Below, one piece after another: positions 1-10,559 of a stretch of 64,000 nucleotides of DNA (its first letter is position 1; every line of letters starts with the position of its first letter). This DNA is from Paraspadella gotoi. Taxonomy: Eukaryota; Animalia; Chaetognatha. A program made the position numbers and the translations under genes. The notes beneath the pieces are model-generated. The model was not told the origin of the DNA. It saw only the letters and a list, made by a program, of their open reading frames with translations, and made no database searches. The stretch spans positions 20,953,869 through 21,017,868 of the forward strand of contig CM119268.1 in the NCBI GenBank assembly GCA_051294375.1, in the 5' to 3' direction.

Positions 1-99
1 TGGAAGACAACAAGAACAACAACAACAACGGCGTCGCAGCTGAGTCTCGAATCGCACACAATTTTCCGCGTTTTTTGATAGAAAGGAGAGAGAAGAAGA

Positions 100-272
100 A
101 GTGGAAGGCGAGAGATATGTAGTCGGGCATTGCATAAGTTCAACTATAAGCATGACACCTTCAGTCGTGACCCGGTGCCTCATTGAGTAAAGCCATCAGC
201 TCAAAACCATTAGGTACCGGGTTCAATCCCAACCCGGTACCTACCCAGCGGGAAGCGTGAGAACGGCCGTAA
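100..272 (+). mobile_element. tRNA-derived SINE-like element, copy A
   Basis: tRNA-like head GACCCGGTGCCTCATTGAG (A-box-like) ... GGGTTCAATCCC (B box). Homologous to 41229-41367 and, upstream, to 40215-40245. Acceptor and anticodon stems do not pair, so it is not a functional tRNA. Confidence 0.6.
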
Positions 273-400
273 ACCGCTTTGGAGGCGTGGAAAACCCTCA
301 AGCCTTGTTCCAAATTCAGGACCCGTTCCATGGCTGATGAGCGGGCATGGAAGTTACGGATAGTAGTCTTCTCTCCACTTAACACCTTATCCGCAGATAA

Positions 401-401
<1 letters not shown>

Positions 402-453
<52 letters not shown>
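402..453 (+). repeat. (GA)n microsatellite, representative of dozens of (GA)n/(CT)n tracts in the window
   Basis: Direct reading. Similar tracts at ~1365, 1557, 34985, 37179, 39470-39630, 43265, 47803, 49660 and elsewhere. Confidence 0.98.
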
Positions 454-459
<6 letters not shown>

Positions 460-1300
460 TGTAGGTATGAAAAGGAAAGGAAAAAACAATGGGTAAAAAG
501 GATCACAGGTTTTGAAAAGAGAGTCTAGTACAAAAATGATAATTAGTTAATGACGCAATTTAAATTTGATTTAATATTTAAATTTACGTAATATATATTC
601 ATATCAAAGTTATAAAACTCCTTTCTAGCATTGTTAAGTTTTAACTAAGGTTCTTTTCATTCCATTGTTTTCATTCAAACTCGTTCTCAATGAACCACTG
701 TTTGTGTAAGAGAGGAAATTTTGCATTCAACCGAAAATGAGAATGACCTCATTAATCTCATTTGCATATTGTCGTGTTGACATTGACATGTGATAAATTA
801 TATTCCTATGTCATTTCATGGTCTCGAATCATCAATTCACTCTTGTCATTAGTGTACCAATTGATTATAGAGTTTGGAAAATTTTTTAATATTATTAATA
901 CTTACTTATTGGGTTAAGAATTATGTTCGATACTTTATATAGTTTATTAGTTTGAAAAAATACTTTGAATTATACTTTAAAAATTTATTTAAACATTCTA
1001 AAATACATCTTCCCATAGGTCTTTTACAGTCTTTTACATTGTTACTATTTATGATTATGTCAATACTGTTATTGGTATGAATAAAAAAAAAAAAAATCTT
1101 CCCATAGGTCACCGACACAGCTAAGCTTAAGAGTTAAGACTTTAGCTAGAAAGATGCGAGTGGTCTGTGACTGCCAGTTTGCATCTCTTCTCAGTAAGTG
1201 AGTTAATTGGTGTGTTATAAAGAGATATTATTTAAGCTAAGTATATATATATTCCCAGATTCCCCTCTTACATTTCTCCTGCTCCAACATCTAACAAATC

Positions 1301-1336
<36 letters not shown>

Positions 1337-1361
1337 TTTTCTTCTCATGTCTTCTCTTTCG

Positions 1362-1414
<53 letters not shown>

Positions 1415-1553
1415 CTCAGCCACGGTTTTCCGCTTCCCCGATTCATGTGTAGATTTTACTGTAAACTCTCAAAAGGATTTGTAACGATTTATTTCCGTCA
1501 TAAAGGACCTGACCGGTAATTGACCGTCGCGGATTCGGACGAGAGAAAAAATG

Positions 1554-1600
<47 letters not shown>

Positions 1601-1690
1601 TTCTAGAACACGTGACCAAGAGTCATTGTCTCGGCAGCCAATCTTCCTCCTTTTTCCTCCTTTTTCTTCCACAGTTTTTCCCTGGTTCCG

Positions 1691-1771
1691 CTCTGCACAC
1701 TCTGCACACTCTACACACTCTGTACACTCTGCACACTCTGCACACTCTGCACACTCTGCACACTCTGTACA
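1691..1771 (+). repeat. 9-bp tandem repeat (CTCTGCACA) x ~9
   Basis: Direct reading; explains the AEC/HSA/LHT repeat ORFs. Confidence 0.9.
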
Positions 1772-2655
1772 GCGTCGATCATTCAACGCCTTCGTTCTAT
1801 CGCAAGAATCGTCGGTCGGTCTGTCTGTCAGTCTGTCCGATTTGTCTTTCTCGTTTTGAATAAAAATATATTTCTTCGTCTGTACTGTGACTCTGTTAAT
1901 CCAGTCCAAAAATCTGATGGACTTTTACTTGTTCGTCAATCTGTCTTTCTGTCCCTCAGTCTGCCCGTCTGTCCAACTGTCTGCTGACGGTTGATCGGTC
2001 AATTTTCTCGGTCAATCTCAAGGATTTCTCATCAAAGGCTAAAGGGGATTTTTAAATGCATTGACTCGTTGGGTCTCGAGGGATTCAGACTCTCTGGTTC
2101 AGGTTCAAATCTCGTGGATTTTGACTTAGACTCAACGTCCACCCCTAATGAGGATAAAATCATTTATTAAAATTTTACAATTCGATGGGATTCTATTTAA
2201 CTGAAAAATTTATGTGCTAATCGAATATTTTGCCCGGGATTTAGGTATATGTACATTGTACAATATACATTATACAATTGATGTTTTAAATTCTCTTTTT
2301 GTCAATATTACCTCTTGTGGGATAAAGTCTAAAATCTTATGCCTCAGATATGATGCTTTCAAGGGGATAATTAGTCTTCATTCTATTCGGAATTTTATGC
2401 CTTTTGGTTGATTTCGTGGTGCCAATTTAACAATTTAACTTAGGGCAAATCAGAGTTTATATTTGATGCCTCTAGTTTTATTCCTCTACGACATACAGAG
2501 TTCAGATTCAAGGCCTACAGAGTTTTACCGCTCTAAAGCCAATCAAGTTCAGATTCACCCTTTTGGGTTTAATTCTCTTAGAGCAATCAGAGTTTCAGAT
2601 TCGAGCCTCCGGGTTTAATTCTTTCCAGAGCATCATTTCGAATCCACATCTCCAG

Positions 2656-2753
2656 GTTGGATTACACTCTTTCTCGGCGCCGAGTCTCGCCTGCGTTAGC
2701 ACGACGAAATCCGTCGAAACTCAATGTCGAGACATCAGGTGGAAACGTTCGAG
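2656..2753 (+). other. Candidate internal exon, product unknown
   Basis: GC-richer island bounded by atctccag| and GAG|gtacgg; two of three frames open; no recognisable motif. Confidence 0.2.
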
Positions 2754-3736
2754 GTACGGAAAAGGACGGAGGAAGAGAAGAGGGAGGAAAGGAAAGGAGG
2801 GGAGGAACCAAAAGAGTGGGAGAAAAGGAAATTAGAGAAGAGAACAGAGGGAGGTAAAGGGAGGAAACACAAAAGAAAGAAAAAAAAAAAGAATAATAAA
2901 AACATAAAAGAAAAGAAAAGGAATAAATAGGGGGAAAAAAAACCAATAGAGAAAGTGTAAGATATGAAAAAAAGATAAAAAGACTAAATCAAGGAGGAAA
3001 GCAACGACTTAAAAACAAACGCAAGAAAAAAGGAGAAAAAGTGAAAAAGAAAGAAAGAAGGAGATAACAGATAAGAAACAGAACAATATAAAAAAACAAA
3101 GAAAGAAAAGGAGAAGAAGAGAAGAAAGAAAAACAAAAGAAAGAAAATATAATAAAAGGAAAGGAAGAAAAACAAGGAGAAAGTGAAAAGAAAAAACAAA
3201 GAAGAAAGAAAGAGGAAAGAATTAAAAAAGGAAAAGGGAAACGAGAATAGAATAAAAAAAAACCAATAGAAAGAAAAGGAAAAAAGAAAGGAAGAAAAAT
3301 AAAACAAAGAAAGAAAAGGAGAGAAGAGGAAAGAAGGAAAAAACAAAGAAAAAAAAGCAGAAAAGAGGAAAGAAGAAAAAACCAAAGAAAGAAAAGGAGA
3401 AAAGAGGAAAGAAGAAAAAACAAAGAAAACCAGTGACTGCGCCAATACATGTAAATTACTTTCAAGGGCTTAAGCTGAACTGTTACGGTGGCACTAATAA
3501 TTTTTTTTCAACTTGCATCATTTAGGATTAAAACCCCGTTAAGGTAAGGATTAAAGAAGAAAAAGTAGTAATGAATCTTAAATAGAATATGCTTGAATAG
3601 CATAGTCAATGTCAGTTTGTTCGGGGTGAAGTATTGAAGGATTCGAATCCCCAACAGTTCTATCGAATGTTACAGTGAAAAAAATAAAAGCAACCTTTCC
3701 CCTACCTTCCCATTAAACTTTTCATTAACCCCTCAG

Positions 3737-4009
3737 CCGCAGTTCCTTAATGGGGAGAATTTAGCCTCGATCCTCGAGATAAACTTCATCCTTTATCCTC
3801 AACTTTCTCTGAAAAACATGACCGACGCCGGCGACCCAGTCAGCATCATCAGCGGAATCAACGGTCTCCCGGTCACCGACAAAATTTGTCACATTAATTT
3901 CGATGGATTTCATCTCATCGTTTCCACGAGAGGAAACGCCAAGGCGACAGTCAGGGTCTTGGACTTTTTGAAATTTTCTTCCCTCAAAAGACACTTGCTA
4001 TTTTGTTGA
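3737..4009 (+). CDS. Putative terminal exon (or gene fragment) encoding the last WD40 repeat of a beta-TrCP/Fbxw-like WD40 protein
   Basis: Acceptor cattaacccctcag| at 3736; frame open to TGA 4007-4009. DKICHINFDGFHLIVSTRGNAKATVRVLDFLK resembles the C-terminal WD repeat of beta-TrCP as I recall it ([29 protein letters not shown]). Upstream exons could not be linked in phase. Confidence 0.45.
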   Translation, partial: PQFLNGENLASILEINFILYPQLSLKNMTDAGDPVSIISGINGLPVTDKICHINFDGFHLIVSTRGNAKATVRVLDFLKFSSLKRHLLFC

Positions 4010-4101
4010 AGAGCAGGTGCAAGTCAATATCTAGTGGGTGCAGATAAATTTTTTTGATTGTTCCTTTGTCTTACGAAAGGCCTCCTGTTTTGTAAAGCCT
4101 T

Positions 4102-4640
4102 AGGAACGCTAAGGAACCAAGCTGGAATATAAAAGTAAGCTTAACCTCTAGAGAGGAAAAAATGAAAATACTCTCGGTGGGACATTTTCATGCTTTCTAT
4201 AAAGTACATAAGGTCCTAGATTTTGTCTCAAACACAATTGTTCAATGCTATAAATGTCAACAATTTGGGCACCGGTCTCCTGAGTGTACATCTAACTATA
4301 AAGTCTGTGTTAAGTGTGGGGATAATCACCACCATTCAACATGCTCAGTTGGGAGAGAGGGAATAAAGTGTGCAAATTGCGGGGAAGGTCATCCAGCTTC
4401 TTACAGAGGTTGTACTTTATATAAAAGATTACGTAACGCCCCAGAGGAAAATGAATCCACAAATGGACATCCAAATCAAAAAGATCAGCAAAGCCAAGCC
4501 ATACCCTCTCATCAACAATCGTCGCACAGAAACGAAGTCAAGCTAAGAGCGAAGCAAATCAAAGAGAAACTAGTTGAAGAAGTGATTCTTCCAATTGCTG
4601 GCATAGTAATATCTTCGATAAAGGAAAATTCCAGTATATA
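4102..4640 (+). pseudogene. LINE ORF1 (gag-like nucleic-acid-binding protein), 5'-truncated
   Basis: Three zinc knuckles: CYKCQQFGHRSPEC, CVKCGDNHHHSTC, CANCGEGHPASYRGC. The frame is open upstream of the ATG at 4162 back to the insertion junction. Confidence 0.9.
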
Positions 4641-7600
4641 TGGTGATAGACAACCCGCGAGGGTCTATTACCTCCTCCTTCTACATTCACCTCCTCGTTA
4701 CATTCCTCCTCCAAAGGGTTTCGGGGCCCGCGTTCCATCGAGACTTTCAGTTCACCTTCTCTCTCTTTGCTCGTCTACTAGACTCTCCTCCTCTTTTTTA
4801 TACCCTCCGCATTTTTGTCTCTGTATAGATTTTCCTTTCACACGTCAATATATTAGTGTTCCCGACATTTCTCGTCACTTTACTGCTCGCGTTAGGATAC
4901 CTTTTCAGAGTGCAGCGACGGCCCACCTTGTGTGTTGCTACAGAACATCTTATACCACAAAAAAAAAAAACCCAGGATGTGCCCAGCCGACTGAGGATTA
5001 GAAAACCGGGAGAAAAACAAAATAAAAAAAGAAACGAAAATGAAGGAAAAAAAGAAAAAAAAAAATCTTGAAAACTTTTTTTGTTACAATTTTTTTAAAA
5101 TTAAAAAGTAAAAAAAAAAAAAAAAAAAATAGACAAAAAAACAAAAACTGACTATTAAAAATTTGTGCATATTAGCATTTTAATTTTTCCAGTCCACTGT
5201 TCCCCCCACCAACAAGCCCGACTTTTTTTTTTGCGCATTGCCGACAAAAAAAAATAAAAACACACACAAAAAACATTAATCAAGCGATTTCTCTTCTTTT
5301 TCTTACCGATTTTTGTCATCGCCAGGTCGCTTTGCCATTTCCATCGCGATTAGAGACTACGTTTCCTTTCTTGCGGGCAGGCTCTGTGTCAATGTTTGCG
5401 AAAAATCCTTCCCACATAATTATTTCACCCATTGATGTTCCATCGCCGAGTATTCGTCTGCACCAGACGCGTCTCGCACGACCTTTTAGGTGACGAATCG
5501 ACATTTGAAGAGCATTAGATTCCGTTAAATCTGCAGCCGCCGGGAAGACGACGCGAATGTGGCATCGATTCTCGACACACAGAGGAGAGATTCAATGAAT
5601 ACCGGGCGTCGTTTTTTTTTTTCTGCTCCTTAGAATCAATGGACGACGCTGGTTCATACCTTCCTCCCAAAATTTGTCCACCATCACAAATGACGACCTC
5701 TAAACAAATACACCCAATACATGAAGGGCCGAACAAGATTCTACTTTTTGTTCATGTCTCCCATGACGCACGCCGTCCCTGACCAGTCACTTCGAGGTTG
5801 AATTGGGCTCCTTCACATTTATTTGTATTAACACGGTTCGCTTCCGGGTCCAAGCTGGTCAAGCTTTTTATTGTATTCACTACACCCCCAGATTGTTTCT
5901 CCCTCTCTTCCCATTTTTCTCCACTGTCTCTAAAGCGACTCGATCTATCCCTCCGTTAATTAATAAAAAACGATCGTATTCGTCGCGAAGATATCGGCCC
6001 CCCCGACGTGACCGATTTTCGATCATCGAACCAAAAAAATAAAAGGACGTACATTTCGATTAAACCCTCAGTATTCGCAGAATCGTTTCACTCCTCGCTT
6101 CGACCCTGCGATCGCGTCGCGAAAACCAGTGGACCTGCCCGCTAACTCCGGGAGCCGTTTCACCACCGTCAAATCACATAAGCGATGAAAGAAAAACAAT
6201 CTCCATGAAATCTAGAAACCCTAAATAAAGTAGCTTCTCTACAAAGGACAATTAAAAGCGAAGACCAGAAAAGAAGCTAAGTTTTCTCCCCTACCTCCTG
6301 ACGTTTCGCCGATTATATCTCGCCTTTTTTCTTTCGTACTTCGATCCCACAAACAGAAATCTATAAAACTTCAACCTGCGGCGCCGAGAAGTAAGAATAA
6401 GACCCATTATTTATACTGAAAAATGGCAACTTCAACAGATATCACCTCCAGTATGCTTATCCGGCCGGTCTCTTCATCAAGAATCCGACGATCGATCTTT
6501 TTCTTCTCGGCCGACCGCCCCCCTCCCGCCACACAAAGAGAAATTAAAAAAAACAAAAAATAAGCGAAATTTCGAAAAAAAAAATAACTAAATTCAAAAA
6601 AAATTGATTCTCCCTACAAAAAGATGAAATTTTTTTTTCGCCGTCACGAACTCGATGTATAAAACACCACAGGCCTAATTCTATTCTAGATTTTTCTCCA
6701 TTGCCCACCGTATCTTGTTCCTTATTCCTTTTGATTCGACAACATCACGGAGCGTCAACATCCTCTCCTCTATCCCAGCTCTCGCACAGGCCACCCGTTA
6801 ATTCACGCAACCTTCGCTCAGCAAGAAACCCGAAAAAATTTTAAAGTTTTTTCGCATCTCGTATGGAAACAAAAAAATTTTTTGACAAAAATTACGATGC
6901 TCGAAATTCTAGTCGCGAGTTTCCCAAGAATAAACCTCCTCTCGTCATACCCCATCTTACCATTCTCGCTACCGGCCTGCCTCTTCTCCCCCACAATTGA
7001 AGATGCTCCCTCGTCCAGATCATCAACTTCGAAGATTTCGCTCTCAACCCCGTTAATTCACGCGTCTCGCCGTGAACAAAATCGAAATATAGAGTTGTTG
7101 AATCTAAATAATAGATTTTTCCGAACGAATTCAGGCTCGAATCTCTCGTAAACGTCCTCTCCATTTGACGGATCGAAAACAAAACGATTAAGGAAAAAGA
7201 ACAAAAAGCGATCCTTTCGTAAGTAAAATTATATCGCGATCGCGTCCTGTCATCACGTCGGTTGCTATCTTAATCCATCCCTCTTTGTCGTTTCTTCACG
7301 AAAATCCTTGTCAAACTTTATCATTTCAGAAACCTGTCAGTGGTCAAGCCTCCTAAAGGCTGTCAGTCTCCTGACAGAGATTAATGTCAGAGATTATGGC
7401 AGAGATTAATGTCAGAAGATTTGTTTTACTGTCAGAGGATATGTCTGCCTCTTTTCATCTTCAAGCACTGTGTGAAATCGATGGTCAGCAATTTTTATCG
7501 CTGAAAAATTTGTCATCATTCTGAGAGTACAGTCAATGCCAAAAAAACTTGGGATGAAAATTGAATCCATTTCCTCAGTTCCAAAAATTTAATTGTAAAT

Positions 7601-8820
7601 TGTCTCACCCCCTCACCCCAAACCCTTCACCCCCGGCACAAAAGCCAATAACACACTTTATTCCCCCAGGACCAGCACACACCACACGTGCTCATCCCCC
7701 TTGTGTGAATTTAATAAACAACACTCAGACGTTTGCCTATTTTTAAGGCCAAATCGGTCAATAGGCTAGCCGAGAAAGCGAAGCCTTAACGTATCAAAAG
7801 CATGTATCTGTTTAGTAATTATTAGGTCACATACCACCGCCATGTTAAAATAGAAGAATTTTCCGAAACTCCCCCCAAAAACGCATGGTCAACCAACCCA
7901 TCTAGACCCCAACCACCACTCAACCCCGGGTTCAACTCAAGCTACTGTGGGATCCAAAATTCTGCACCTAGATTTTATTATCAAAAAAAAAGTCCACTCA
8001 GTTCTAAACTCACCTTTGGTGTTGAACCTCAGACTAATTCATCTAGTTCTGTAATATCAAAATGAAGCAGTTTTCTCACAATCACATCTCTCCTTTATTG
8101 CAAGGAAGCGATAATGTTAAGCCTGTATTCACTAAAAAATTTTTCCAAATGTATGATCTCTGTGAGATTAAATAAAGAATGAATGGCTAAGTAATTTTAC
8201 AGGTGGCCCGCAACTGGAGCTGGAAAAGGCAAAAGTGATTGGAAGAATTGTGGGTGACAAAGTCACGTATTTGATTGTCGTGCTTGAACACACTAAATAA
8301 AGTTAATCGCATCATTAATAATGTGCCAATTGGCCAACCCAAGGCTAGCAGGTGCGCTACATCAATCAATTCGAAATCGTATCACGAAATTTCAACATGG
8401 AACAAAAATGAAACGTGCACGGCATAATTCGAGCACCCCCCTTTTGTATCCTCAAACACGACAGTATTGCAAAAAAGAGTGGGGACGAGAGTTTATCAGT
8501 CCTTATTATTTAAACTGTGATTATTAATTTCAAGATGTTTTCTATGGAACATTATTGTCTAGTCTGACAGAAAATTAAGCCATCTGACAAAATTTTAAAA
8601 CTCTGAGTGATGCGGTTTAAAAAAAAAAATCTCCTCTATCAAAAATTCTGCTTCATTAGTTGCTTACAAAGTAAAAAAAAAAAAAGAGAAAAACGATATC
8701 TCGTGCCATTCATTAAATTCAGTTTCACTAACTTTTTTTTTCAAATGATCATACATAAATTGTAATAAAGTCAAAGTTGACAAAAACCAGTAATAGCAAC
8801 AGTAAAGTGGTTGCTGCTCG
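4640..8820. other. Probable low-accuracy long-read fill inside LINE ORF1
   Basis: TCACTTTACT..GTTAGGATACCTTTTCAGAG occurs at both ~4875-4910 and 8821-8853. The sequence between has no coherent ORF or motif. Confidence 0.5.
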
Positions 8821-9650
8821 TCACTTTACTTCCGGTTAGGATACCTTTTCAGAGGAATTGGTCGCTGGTATCCTAAGCTGCGACTGCGACTGTTGAAGAA
8901 AGAATGAAAACATGGATTTGAACAGGTGGGAACTATTTACTAATTCGAAAANNNNNNNNNNNNNNNNNNNNNNNNNNNNNNNNNNNNNNNNNNNNNNNNN
9001 NNNNNNNNNNNNNNNNNNNNNNNNNNNNNNNNNNNNNNNNNNNNNNNNNNNNNNNNNNNNNNNNNNNNNNNNNNNNNNNNNNNNNNNNNNNNNNNNNNNN
9101 NNNNNNNNNNNNNNNNNNNNNNNNNNNNNNNNNNNNNNNNNNNNNNNNNNNNNNNNNNNNNNNNNNNNNNNNNNNNNNNNNNNNNNNNNNNNNNNNNNNN
9201 NNNNNNNNNTCCCAGGCTTCCCGCAATCGACTACGGCCACTCAGAATACCCTTCACTCGAATCTTACGTCAACGCCTGTACTGCTTCTCCAATCCCNNNN
9301 NNNNNNNNNNNNNNNNNNNNNNNNNNNNNNNNNNNNNNNNNNNNNNNNNNNNNNNNNNNNNNNNNNNNNNNNNNNNNNNNNNNNNNNNNNNNNNNNNNNN
9401 NNNNNNNNNNNNNNNNNNNNNNNNNNNNNNNNNNNNNNNNNNNNNNNNNNNNNNNNNNNNNNNNNNNNNNNNNNNNNNNNNNNNNNNNNNNNNNNNNNNN
9501 NNNNNNNNNNNNNNNNNNNNNNNNNNNNNNNNNNCCGAACCGGCTACTACTATTCTTGCGACGGCGAGGATCCTTCCAAGCCTCCTACGAAGGAAGCCAA
9601 AACAAGGGAAATGCCAAGGAACCACTCCAACGACGTTAGTGCAAAACGAG

Positions 9651-10320
9651 ATGGATAACAAGAAGACGAGAGAGCCATTTTCTTTTCACTCAGGTGAATT
9701 TCAAAATGGAAATCCCAGCCGACTCTGTGAACTTGTTAACTATATTTATCATTTCAAATCCCTCCGTTAGTCGCCATTAATGATATTAGAAGTAATGCAT
9801 TAGATCCAAACATATTTAAGAAATACAAAATTATTATAAATAATGAAAATTCAGGAAAAGCAGGGGGAGTTGCTTGCCTTATCCCTGAGAATTGGGAATT
9901 CTATCAGATTGATCTTAATTGGACATCCAATTATGAATATATATGTTTGGCTCTCACACTTNNNNNNNNNNNNNNNNNNNNNNNNNTGAAAACAAAACAG
10001 ATTTAAGTTTTTAAATATTTATTTGAGCACCAACCTGGCAATTCTCAAGCGAAATTTTTTTGAGTTAGAACTAAGGGAAGGAAATCCTGTTTGATTATGG
10101 AGACTTTAATTGTCCAAATAAGTTATACGATTTAATGCAGGACACTGGAATTGGAGTTGATAAACGAACTTGGTGTTATTACGTATCAAGGCTTCGATGG
10201 AAGTGAAAACGTTTAGATTATACTTTTGCAAAAAAAATCCGCAGTATCATTGGTAGAAAATTGGAAATGTGAACAATATATAGGAAGTGATCATTTGATA
10301 AGTGAGATGAGTCTTAAGAT
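9651..10320 (+). pseudogene. LINE ORF2 apurinic-endonuclease (APE) domain, frameshifted
   Basis: Reconstructed across indels: MDNRR..FTQVN..LCELVNYI..VAINDIR..GKAGGVACLIP..NIY..IMGDFN..LDYTFA..IGSDHLI (GGVA, GDFN, D-Y and SDH motifs). Confidence 0.85.
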
Positions 10321-10559
10321 TTATTAATAAAAAGTAATACTTTATTAAGGGAAACTAAACTGGAATAAATTTGAGGAGGTACTGAAAGGAAATTGAAACT
10401 TCTGTGAAGGAGGAAATCATCATTGAAAATTCTACAAGTATAGACAAAGAACTTGGAAAAAATGGTATGAAGGAGCTAAATTCAAGCCACTTACGGAAGG
10501 CAACTCAGGAAGTAAACAGTCTAGACTAAAGGGTAATATCCCATTTATCGCAGAACAAT

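Noticed and set aside
169-241. Functional tRNA (Thr, Met or Sec-like)
   Set aside because: Acceptor and anticodon stems do not pair, the anticodon region differs between the two copies, and there is no long variable arm or T-run terminator.
315-332. SINE 3' homology to the LINE 3' UTR (GGACCCG, CCATGG)
   Set aside because: Only 6-10 matching bases, in different order; compatible with chance.
285-355. Hammerhead ribozyme (CTGATGA at ~334, GAAA upstream)
   Set aside because: Stems I-III cannot be formed around the core; CTGATGA sits in the loop of a simple TTCCATG/CATGGAA hairpin.
2984-3465. Long F/L/S-rich and E/R/K-rich ORFs here and across the window (e.g. 18287, 37478, 45341, 48460, 58652)
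   Set aside because: Translations of polypurine/polypyrimidine tracts, microsatellites or N runs, which lack stop codons by composition.
4641-5001. C-terminal part of the 279-aa ORF as genuine ORF1 sequence
   Set aside because: It runs into sequence that duplicates 8821-8853 imperfectly and looks like noisy read fill.
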